This document shows, in pieces, positions 1-7,949 of a DNA stretch of 16,481 bases. The position numbers and the translations under genes were made by a program. The notes under the pieces were generated by a model. The model saw only the letters and a list, made by a program, of their open reading frames with translations, did not search any database and had not been told where the DNA came from. The first letter of the stretch is position 1. Each line of letters begins with the position of its first letter. Source of the stretch: an uncultured archaeon. Lineage in GTDB: Archaea; Asgardarchaeota; Thorarchaeia; Thorarchaeales; Thorarchaeaceae. The DNA is taken from NCBI GenBank assembly GCA_964558645.1, contig CAZLEV010000009.1, positions 91,668-108,148 of the forward strand. Reading direction: 5' to 3'.

Positions 1-1650
1 TTATGCTCCATGAAGTCCCTGGGTCTGAATGTGGCATCTGACTTCCTCCTCAATGTCAACCTCTCAGGGACAGGAGATGGAGGGATTGTCATAGTAGTAT
101 GTGATGACCCGAGGGGATACAGTTCGTCAAACGAACAAGACTCCCGATTCTACGCCAAGGCTGCGATGGTACCTCTTCTTGAACCCTCCACCCCGCAGGA
201 AGCAAAAGACGTGGTCAGGCACGCACTCACTCTATCGTCAGAGAAGCAAGTCCCGGTCATGGTTCGAAGCACTACGCGACTGAGCCACTCGCGAGGAGTG
301 GTTGTAACAGACAAACTGACAAAGAGAGATCGTACCCCGTCCGAAATGATACCTGATGGTCTTTACAATGTCCCCAATCCACATCTAAGACATCGGGACC
401 TGCTCGTCAAGATGGAAAAAATAGCAGAAGAGTTCGATCAGAGTCAGCTGAATATACTCAAGCTGCCGGACGAAGGGGAGATTACGGCCATCTCCTCAGG
501 AGTCAGCTTCATGTACACTCGTGAGGCCATAGAACGCCTGGGACTCACAAATCGCGTGGGCTCACTACATCTCACAACAACCTACCCCCTGCCTGCATCA
601 TTGATTCACAAAGTGTTCAAGCACTCTGACAGTATTATGTTTGTTGAAGAGGGGGATCCATTTGTAGAAGATTCCGTGAGAGTTCTGGGAACCGTCTTGG
701 ACTGTGAAAGAAAAAACATGTATGGGAAGAGAACTGGTCATATTCCACAATACGGAGAGATGACCCCTGACCTAGCAACAGCCGCATTGAAGGACATTCT
801 GGGGCTCGCCCATGAGGAAACAAGAAGACCGAGCAGAGAACTACTGTCGCGGATCGATGACCTAATTGTTCCTAGACCCCTCACATTTTGCGCGGGATGC
901 ACCCACAGAAATGCCTACTGGGCACTCACCAGACTAAGAAGGAGGCTGAAAGGGAAACTCATCGTCACGGGCGATATTGGATGCTACTCTCTCGGTGTGT
1001 TCTACCACAGCATCATGAACACAATGCAGGCGATGGGATCAGGAATTGGCACAGCAAATGGAATCGCCCAGTTGAAGCAGTTCGGACTGAAGACAAAGAC
1101 GATTGCGGTGGCCGGGGACTCGACCTTCTATCACGCGTGTCTACCCGGTTTGATAAATGCAAGACACAAGAACCTCGACCTGACATTCCTGATTCTGGAC
1201 AACGGCACAACCGCTATGACAGGATTTCAATCGCATCCGGGTTCAGATAGTCAGGTGTCGGGAGATAAGCTGGTAGAGATAGCTGATGTTGTTAGAGGCA
1301 TTGGACCGGATTATCTTCTCACGGGAGACGCTCGAGAAGTAAAGGAAACTATTGATCTGCTTTGGGATGCGGTCAATAGGCCCGGACTGAAAGTTGTCAT
1401 ATTAAGAGGGGTCTGTCGTCTAGAGAGCAGGAGAAAGCCGGAAGAGACTACCGAGAAACGAGTGAATGTTGATGCTGAACTGTGTAAGGGAACGGACTGC
1501 AGAGTCTGTGTGGGTGAGTTCGGATGCTTCGCTCTGATCTGGGACGGAGTAGAAGAGGTTGCGGTGGTTGATGAAGGTGCATGTGTGCGATGTGGCGCGT
1601 GTATTGAGATATGTCCTCATGGGGCCATCAAGTGGGAGGAATCCCAATGA
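1..1650 (+). CDS. iorA: Indolepyruvate:ferredoxin oxidoreductase alpha subunit (5'-truncated by the window edge)
   Basis: The frame is open from base 1. MKSLGLNVASD is an internal IorA motif, so the N-terminus lies upstream of the window. Other motifs: DDP-x4-SSNEQD, FCAGCTHR, GDIGCYSLG, TPP-binding GDSTFYH...ILDNGTTAMTGFQ, and a C-terminal ferredoxin domain (CVRCGACIEICP). Confidence 0.93.
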   Translation, partial: LCSMKSLGLNVASDFLLNVNLSGTGDGGIVIVVCDDPRGYSSSNEQDSRFYAKAAMVPLLEPSTPQEAKDVVRHALTLSSEKQVPVMVRSTTRLSHSRGVVVTDKLTKRDRTPSEMIPDGLYNVPNPHLRHRDLLVKMEKIAEEFDQSQLNILKLPDEGEITAISSGVSFMYTREAIERLGLTNRVGSLHLTTTYPLPASLIHKVFKHSDSIMFVEEGDPFVEDSVRVLGTVLDCERKNMYGKRTGHIPQYGEMTPDLATAALKDILGLAHEETRRPSRELLSRIDDLIVPRPLTFCAGCTHRNAYWALTRLRRRLKGKLIVTGDIGCYSLGVFYHSIMNTMQAMGSGIGTANGIAQLKQFGLKTKTIAVAGDSTFYHACLPGLINARHKNLDLTFLILDNGTTAMTGFQSHPGSDSQVSGDKLVEIADVVRGIGPDYLLTGDAREVKETIDLLWDAVNRPGLKVVILRGVCRLESRRKPEETTEKRVNVDAELCKGTDCRVCVGEFGCFALIWDGVEEVAVVDEGACVRCGACIEICPHGAIKWEESQ

Positions 1651-2258
1651 ACACCTACAACATAATGATTGCAGGAGTAGGGGGACAGGGCAATCTCCAG
1701 TGTGGAGCCGTGCTGGCTGATGCTGCGATGGAGGCAGAAATGAAACCAGTCATTGGAGAGACCTTCGGAGCATCAAGGCGCGGTGGAGGGGTCATCACTC
1801 ATCTAAGAATCTCGAAAGAGGACATGGGCCCACTGATACCTCAGAGGGAAGTGGATCTCATGTTGGGACTGGAGCCCTTAGAAACACTACGGGCAGCCCG
1901 AGATTTCGGCGGCAAAAGAACGTCCATCATCATGAGCAAGATGAGAATAGAAACTATGGAAACGCTCTCTGGAACTAGTCATTATCCACGCATCGATGAT
2001 ATCGCCAGTTGTTTGACAGCCCTATGCAGAGATCTGATTGTAATCTCTCCCACAAGCTCCTTGGAGGAACTAGGTACCTCGAGAGTACTGAATGCCTACA
2101 TGATTGGAGCGGCTTCGCACTTGGCAGAAATGCCGATATCACGCACTCATCTGGTAGTTGCTCTCAAGTATATGTCGGGTGATAGAGAACTCAATATGCG
2201 TGCCTTCGAAAAGGGGATTGTTGATGCGAAACGCTTAGAACCGACAACTGATGACTAA
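1647..2258 (+). CDS. iorB: Indolepyruvate:ferredoxin oxidoreductase beta subunit
   Basis: GVGGQG, GETFGASRRGGGVITHLRI and DLMLGLEPLETLR motifs. ATG 1647 overlaps the iorA stop (ATGA) and has GGAGG at 1635-1639, so 1647 is preferred over the ORF-track start at 1611. Confidence 0.9.
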   Translation: MNTYNIMIAGVGGQGNLQCGAVLADAAMEAEMKPVIGETFGASRRGGGVITHLRISKEDMGPLIPQREVDLMLGLEPLETLRAARDFGGKRTSIIMSKMRIETMETLSGTSHYPRIDDIASCLTALCRDLIVISPTSSLEELGTSRVLNAYMIGAASHLAEMPISRTHLVVALKYMSGDRELNMRAFEKGIVDAKRLEPTTDD

Positions 2259-4627
2259 GACTTGTCTTTCTTCTTCTCTGTTGCCGTCCTCGCCTCACGC
2301 CACATGACCTCAGATAGAACCGTGAACATGTCCGCAACTCCCTCCCCAGTCTTGGCGCTGCTCTCCATGTAAAGAAAGCCCTGGTCCTCGGCCCATTTCT
2401 TGGCCTCCTCGGAAGACACAGCTCTGTCTGGCAGGTCAACTTTGTTTCCGACAACAACAATGGGTACACGGGTACCTATGGACTCATCAGCCTCTTGAAC
2501 CCATTTCGGCAACTCAGTGAACGAACGTCTTCGGGTCACATCATAGACGAGAATCACACCGGCAGCACCACTGTAGTACATCTTTCGAACTGCAGCAAAT
2601 CGGGCCTGCCCCGCCACATCCCACGCTTGAACTTTTATGCCGACTGCGTATTCTGATTCGGGGGGAAAGATATGAGTGAGTTTGACAGCAAATTGACTCC
2701 CGATTGTTGTCTTGTAGTCACGCTCGAAGACACCGGTCACATATCGATTGACAAGGGTTGTCTTCCCCACAGCACCTTCTCCGGTGATCATCGTCTTAAA
2801 CAGATAGCTGTATGCATCGCTTTGAGTACCGGGTCTAGGCGGCTTAGGTTTCCGCATTCGAATCTCGGCAACTAATGTACTCTCATCAGGTGCTGGTTCG
2901 ATCTCAGTGACTTGGGTCTCTGCTACGGAGGGTTGTGATTCAGTTTCACCAGTAACAGCACTCTGAATCTCGTCAATCTCGGACATATCAGGTTGAGCCG
3001 GTGTTTCGCCAAAGAGCTTGTCCAGCAATTCCTCGGCCTCTCGGATTGAGGCATCCTTCTCGCCTCCTGAGACGGCAGCTGCCAGCTCTGCGTTCTCTTC
3101 CGCGGAAACCGAGCCAAAGCCAGTCCCCTTTACAGGAGCAAAGGGTGATGGCTCCTTGTAGACAGTTTCCTTCGCCGGACTTGTTTCTGCACGTTCTAAG
3201 GAAACGGATGGTTCCTCAGCTGCTGCTACTGCGGCAGAACCTTTCTCTACAACTATGACTGTTTCAGGCGTGGTGGCCTGCTTTATCTGATCTTCGCTAT
3301 CCTTCCACATAAGAACAATGGGACGTACAATGACACTGCCCTCAGCAATGGGTCTCAGCGTGATCTCCCTAGTGGCACTCTCGTTAGGGCCCAAGTCAAA
3401 CTGAATCTGTTGAGGCTCCACGGTCATAGAGTCTTTGGGGAAGTGATAGATCTTACCGGATATTCCCGAGATGGTCTTGTTAGTGACGTTGACAACAGTG
3501 AGTCTGCCTGTCAGCTCTGTGCCTGCCTCTGCCGTCTGCTGAACACTGAAAGACGGGATGATCTGATAGAGCCCCTCAATGACCTTCAGAGGGCGATCAG
3601 AAATGCCCACAAGAATCTCATTACGATCATCGCCTCCCGCGTCGCCTACGGCAAGAGAAAGTATCTTGTCATCGATGGAGACCTCAGCGAGTTTCTTGAG
3701 CTCGGCCATATAGAGATTGTAGAACAATACCCTGTGATCAGATGTGGCAATAACAATCTCATCCATATGGTCGGCGTTGAGTTCTTTGATTCTTATTGAG
3801 AGGGCATTGACGCCCTCCAGAGTGGAGAATAGGTCTAGTCGGCTCTCTTCATTTCGGTAGATTCTGATTGAGCCATCATGGGTAACTACTCCAAGCTCCA
3901 TCTTGCGATCTCCAAGAATGTCGCCAGCAGAGAGAGAGATAACCGGGCTCGGAAGGTTTAGAACTTCTATCTGTTCGATTTCATGGTCACGCACCTTGAA
4001 TATGCGCAGTGTCCTGTCACGATTCCCCGTGACAATCTCATCAATCTCATCGCCAATGACATCACAGGTTCCAATTGTGATGGGCATGTCATCGAGATCA
4101 TATCTAGCAAACTCTGTGAGAACGTCATTTGTGTCCATCTTCAAAACCCTGAGCGTGGAATCGCTTCCTCCAGCCAGAATCTCATTCTTGTTGTCCCCGG
4201 TAACATCTGTGACCACAACCGTGGTGACAAAGCGGTCAATGGAATGTTCAGCCAGTAACTCCAGAGAACCACTGGGGGCATAACGATAGACCTGCAGGGT
4301 TCCCGTCTGCCCGGGTATGTCTCCGGGCCCAATACTCCGACCGATCACGATCTCATTCTGGCCGTCATTGTTGGCGTCGGCTATTCGGATTGAGAGAACA
4401 CTTCCAAGGAGATCATGCTGGGCCAGAAGGCGAACTTCGCTCTCATTGGCGTCGTATAGCTTGATAACACCGTCACGCCCTCCGGTGCACAACTCAGGTT
4501 TCAGTGTGCCAGTGATATCTCCGACTGCAATGGCGCTAGTACTTCTATCATCCTCAATCTCAAACAGTATACGTGGTGCAGTCAAGTCTGTTACCATCCA
4601 ACCCAAGTGAAACGACGTTCCAGCCAA
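2255..4627 (-). CDS. Multidomain protein: 7-bladed FG-GAP/WD-like beta-propeller + Ig-like domain + acidic linker + C-terminal Rab-like small GTPase
   Basis: Seven D-x-x-G-D-x-x-x-E-type repeats (aa ~30-351), a beta-sandwich (aa ~357-461), a low-complexity linker (aa ~462-605), and GTPase boxes GEGAVGKT, YKTTIG, WDVAGQ, NKVD and SAK. The start is uncertain (TTG 4627, ATG 4597 or TTG 4585). Confidence 0.9.
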   Translation of the reverse strand: MAGTSFHLGWMVTDLTAPRILFEIEDDRSTSAIAVGDITGTLKPELCTGGRDGVIKLYDANESEVRLLAQHDLLGSVLSIRIADANNDGQNEIVIGRSIGPGDIPGQTGTLQVYRYAPSGSLELLAEHSIDRFVTTVVVTDVTGDNKNEILAGGSDSTLRVLKMDTNDVLTEFARYDLDDMPITIGTCDVIGDEIDEIVTGNRDRTLRIFKVRDHEIEQIEVLNLPSPVISLSAGDILGDRKMELGVVTHDGSIRIYRNEESRLDLFSTLEGVNALSIRIKELNADHMDEIVIATSDHRVLFYNLYMAELKKLAEVSIDDKILSLAVGDAGGDDRNEILVGISDRPLKVIEGLYQIIPSFSVQQTAEAGTELTGRLTVVNVTNKTISGISGKIYHFPKDSMTVEPQQIQFDLGPNESATREITLRPIAEGSVIVRPIVLMWKDSEDQIKQATTPETVIVVEKGSAAVAAAEEPSVSLERAETSPAKETVYKEPSPFAPVKGTGFGSVSAEENAELAAAVSGGEKDASIREAEELLDKLFGETPAQPDMSEIDEIQSAVTGETESQPSVAETQVTEIEPAPDESTLVAEIRMRKPKPPRPGTQSDAYSYLFKTMITGEGAVGKTTLVNRYVTGVFERDYKTTIGSQFAVKLTHIFPPESEYAVGIKVQAWDVAGQARFAAVRKMYYSGAAGVILVYDVTRRRSFTELPKWVQEADESIGTRVPIVVVGNKVDLPDRAVSSEEAKKWAEDQGFLYMESSAKTGEGVADMFTVLSEVMWREARTATEKKKDKS

Positions 4628-4781
4628 ATCATATATTCAGACGCTCAGACTGTAAACGCATCTAACATATCAATTCGGTGTATGAGCCCTTTTGTACTTT
4701 GTGCGGTTCTAGCTAGCAAGCTCTAGTTGAAAACACTTATGGACTCGATATATCGTTACATGTGCAGAAACTTGAAGGTGT

Positions 4782-5567
4782 ATGTGCTTGCCAAAACTTT
4801 CAGTTCGAAACCTGTACAAGAGTTATCCAAATGGAAATGGTGGAGTTACAAGGGTCCTGGAGGACATCTCATTTGATGTTCACGAGGGCGAGTTTCTAAG
4901 CATAGTCGGGCCATCTGGATGCGGCAAGACGACTCTCCTGAAGATTATCGCCGGACTCATGGAACCTGACAGTGGTGAAGTCTTCATCGACGGAAAGAAA
5001 GCCAAGATGGGTCACAGCAAGGTGGGCTACATCTTCCAGCAAGAGAGTCTGTTTCCTTGGCGAACTGTCAGACAGAATATCGAGTTTGGCTTGGAAATCA
5101 AGGGTCTTTCACGTGAGGAAAAACGAAGACTCTCAGACAAGATAATCACCCTGATCAGAATGAATGGTATGGAGGACAACCTGCCTCACGAGATATCAGG
5201 AGGGCAAGCTAGAAAGACGGAGATGGCAAGAAGTCTCATCACATCTCCCGACCTGCTGGTGTCTGATGAAGGACTCTCGAATCTAGATGCCCAGACACGT
5301 AACTATCTTCAAGAAGAATTCCTGAGAATTTGGGAAGAAACGGGATCGACCATTCTGTTTGTTTCACATAACGTTGATGAGGCGGTCTTTATGTCGGACC
5401 GGATACTCGTCATGAGTAACATACCCGCAGAATTCATCGGGGAGTTCCCTGTGGACCTGTCGAGACCACGAGAACGCGCCAGTACGGGATGCCTTGAATA
5501 CCGAGCAAAGATCCTTGAGCTGCTTCGTGTGGAGCAAGAGAAGGCATTGGCGAGGCAAGAAGGTTAG
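4782..5567 (+). CDS. NitT/TauT-family (SsuB/TauB/NrtD-like) ABC transporter ATP-binding protein
   Basis: Walker A GPSGCGKT, FQQESLFPWRTVRQN, signature ISGGQ, Walker B LLVSDE, H-loop FVSHNVDEAVFMSDRI. The true start may be TTG 4788, which is better spaced from the upstream AAGGTG. Confidence 0.92.
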   Translation: MCLPKLSVRNLYKSYPNGNGGVTRVLEDISFDVHEGEFLSIVGPSGCGKTTLLKIIAGLMEPDSGEVFIDGKKAKMGHSKVGYIFQQESLFPWRTVRQNIEFGLEIKGLSREEKRRLSDKIITLIRMNGMEDNLPHEISGGQARKTEMARSLITSPDLLVSDEGLSNLDAQTRNYLQEEFLRIWEETGSTILFVSHNVDEAVFMSDRILVMSNIPAEFIGEFPVDLSRPRERASTGCLEYRAKILELLRVEQEKALARQEG

Positions 5568-6409
5568 ATTGATACTTCGGCCCGCCATCTCAAGAGGTTC
5601 TTTTCAACATAGAGAAACGCATAGCTGATGAGAAAACCAAATAGGCCAATCATCAGCATTGCCGATATCGTCTGTCCAGTTCGCCCGAGCTGTTGAGATA
5701 TTATGACTAGGTATCCCAGCCCCAATCCACCGCCAATCATCTCTGCTGCAACTAGACACATCCAACCAATTCCGAAGCCAATCCTGAATCCAGCGAACAT
5801 TTCCGGAGCAGAGGATGGAAGGACAATCTTGCGAAGTATCTGCGGTTCATCGGCGCCGAAGCTTCGGGCAACGTCGATGTGGACCGGATTCGTTCTCTTT
5901 ACCCCTGTTGTCGTATTGAGGAGAATTGGGAAAAATGCACCAATCCAGATGATGAAGACTTGAGCGCCAAGTAAGTTCGTTCTGAACATGAGAATTGAGA
6001 GGGGGATCCAAGCAATCGGCGGGATAGGACGCAGAGCCTCGACCACAGGACTCAGTACATCATTGATAACGCGATATCTACCGATGGCTATTCCCAGTGG
6101 GGAGGCAGTCACCAGAGCCAGAAGGAAACCCAGCGAAACCCGATAGATACTCCTGCCGGCATGTTCTAGGAGTGTGACCCCATCTGTGTCCCCCTCAATC
6201 AGCAGCTCCAAGAAAGCCTGTCCAACATCAACGAGACTAAATCCACGTGCAACATATGCAACAAACTCCCAGATAGCAAGCAGGATAATGATTGGCAAAA
6301 TCAGTCTTAGAAGCACATTTCGGGAAGAAGCGAATACTCCCTGCTCTTCAGCAATACCATCGGCATAAGCCCCCGGAGATGTTGAAGTAGACTGGGTCAT
6401 TGCATGCAC
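5564..6409 (-). CDS. NitT/TauT-family ABC transporter permease (SsuC/TauC-like)
   Basis: Multiple TM helices, RPIPPIAWIPL, an EAA-like loop (DVARSFGA) and WMCLVAAEMIG. The start could be the second ATG, at 6400. Confidence 0.92.
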   Translation of the reverse strand: MHAMTQSTSTSPGAYADGIAEEQGVFASSRNVLLRLILPIIILLAIWEFVAYVARGFSLVDVGQAFLELLIEGDTDGVTLLEHAGRSIYRVSLGFLLALVTASPLGIAIGRYRVINDVLSPVVEALRPIPPIAWIPLSILMFRTNLLGAQVFIIWIGAFFPILLNTTTGVKRTNPVHIDVARSFGADEPQILRKIVLPSSAPEMFAGFRIGFGIGWMCLVAAEMIGGGLGLGYLVIISQQLGRTGQTISAMLMIGLFGFLISYAFLYVEKNLLRWRAEVSI

Positions 6410-6453
6410 GTAGTTCGAATGGCGGCTTTTGTGTCTGTCGTTCTTCTCCGCGG

Positions 6454-7434
6454 TCAGGCACTCTCAAGAAATGTGCCGTTGATGAAACCATCCAGAAACT
6501 CGGTCATATCCCCATAGTCCATCTCGACCAGTTCCTCATGAATAAGGAACTCTAAGTATCTCTCCAGTCCCGTCCGGTTGAGAGTGTAGTCGTATATTAT
6601 GCGGTTAAAGGCGGTTTCTACAGCCTCCTCTTCTGCACCAAGCCAATCAACAGCAATCGCCAAGGCATCAATGGGGTTCTGAACAATCCATTCTTCAGCT
6701 CGCTTGTGAACACTTATGACCTTCTGAACTCTGTCAGGATGTTCTTGGAGGAAACTATTGGAGGATGCTACTACACAACAGGGGTGACCAGGCCATATCT
6801 CTCCAGAGAGGAGCAGAGGAACGGCTAGGCCATCATACTCAGCAAGAGAGGGAAACGGTTCCCATGCTATGAATGCAGGCGATTCTGGTGATAGAGATAT
6901 ACCCATGTCTTGGGGCCTAGCAGTTTCAAGTGAAACATCATCAATACTCATACCGGATTGGTTGAGCGCAAGACGCAGGATGAAGTTCTGAACGGTAGAC
7001 GGACCCGGATGATAGATTCTCTTTCCCGCCAGATCTGAAAGATCTACAATCCTCCCGTCATCATATTCGCCTTTGTGAACCATGATGGCCGATCCCTCAA
7101 GATTCACGGCAGCCAAGATGGTAATCCCAATATCTTGGTTGATGCTCTTGGTCAAAGCAGGTGCTGCACCAAGATAGCCCATGTCAATCTGCCCGCCCAG
7201 GAAACCATCCATCTCATATGCACCGTTACCGAACTGCAACAACTGGACATTGAGACCCTCTTCTTCAAACCAGCCCTTCTTGAGCGCAACACGCACAGCA
7301 AGCTGATGCAAGTCTTGGTTGAGATATCCTATTCGAACATCGGGAACTGTTGTGGGATACCAGAGGGCAACAAGAGCCACAGACGATACGACGACAATGG
7401 CCAGCACAACGGCAGTCATCTTGTTCTTTTCCAA
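6454..7434 (-). CDS. NitT/TauT-family ABC transporter substrate-binding protein (SsuA/NrtA/NMT1-like), N-terminally anchored
   Basis: N-terminal hydrophobic anchor, VRIGYL, GWFEEEGLNV, WEPFPS and WPGHPCCVV. TTG start preceded by AGGTG. Upstream of and co-oriented with the permease. Confidence 0.9.
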   Translation of the reverse strand: MEKNKMTAVVLAIVVVSSVALVALWYPTTVPDVRIGYLNQDLHQLAVRVALKKGWFEEEGLNVQLLQFGNGAYEMDGFLGGQIDMGYLGAAPALTKSINQDIGITILAAVNLEGSAIMVHKGEYDDGRIVDLSDLAGKRIYHPGPSTVQNFILRLALNQSGMSIDDVSLETARPQDMGISLSPESPAFIAWEPFPSLAEYDGLAVPLLLSGEIWPGHPCCVVASSNSFLQEHPDRVQKVISVHKRAEEWIVQNPIDALAIAVDWLGAEEEAVETAFNRIIYDYTLNRTGLERYLEFLIHEELVEMDYGDMTEFLDGFINGTFLESA

Positions 7435-7484
7435 GAGAACACCTTCCTAATTCTACGATGCACCATTCTTCATATTAATCCATA

Positions 7485-7516
7485 GATGTGACATCAATAT
7501 GCAACATCAAGTTGAT
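7485..7516. promoter_or_regulatory. Possible operator in the divergent intergenic region (two 11-bp palindromes)
   Basis: GATGT-G-ACATC at 7485-7495 and ATCAA-G-TTGAT at 7506-7516, plus an ACATCAA direct repeat at 7491 and 7504. Confidence 0.25.
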
Positions 7517-7542
7517 TAGAGAGGTACACCCTATCACACACC

Positions 7543-7920
7543 ATGTCGCTCCGGGAACGAATACCTGAACAGCTCAGACTCACTGACGACGCCTATGTTT
7601 CCATAACTCTGGACGAGGACATTGGTGTGTTTCCTACCAGCGAATATGTGCTGCTGGAGGTCTCACACAAGGCAGGGAGGATAGATTTCATGAGGGTCGC
7701 AGCCACGGTCCATGACCTTGTCAAAGATGACGGACGTATTGTAGCAATCAGGGGATTTGGATTCAAGGGCACAGGTCTCACCGTGAGAATTGCACATGAG
7801 ATCAAGAAGCGAGAGAAACGATTCATCTACCGTATGACATTTGACACCTTTGAAGCAACAGATGAAACGGGCAGACCTCAGACCAGCATTCAGATAGTCA
7901 TCATTCCTCCGGAGGGGTGA
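7543..7920 (+). CDS. Alba/SpoVS-fold putative nucleic-acid-binding protein with N-terminal extension
   Basis: The pattern LLEVSHK...VAATVHDLVKDDG...VAIRGFG...TVRIA...GRPQTSIQIVIIP follows the beta-alpha-beta-alpha-beta-beta layout and motifs of SpoVS and Alba. Confidence 0.62.
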   Translation: MSLRERIPEQLRLTDDAYVSITLDEDIGVFPTSEYVLLEVSHKAGRIDFMRVAATVHDLVKDDGRIVAIRGFGFKGTGLTVRIAHEIKKREKRFIYRMTFDTFEATDETGRPQTSIQIVIIPPEG

Positions 7921-7949
7921 TGACAATACTCGTGGAGAGATGACACAAC

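Noticed and set aside
1611-1646. N-terminal extension of IorB in the ORF track
   Set aside because: ATG 1647 has a GGAGG SD and an ATGA overlap with iorA.
2255-4627. Eukaryotic contamination, or a Roco-type protein
   Set aside because: The gene is intronless, overlaps the iorB stop by 4 nt and sits among archaeal operons. There is no COR or LRR domain.
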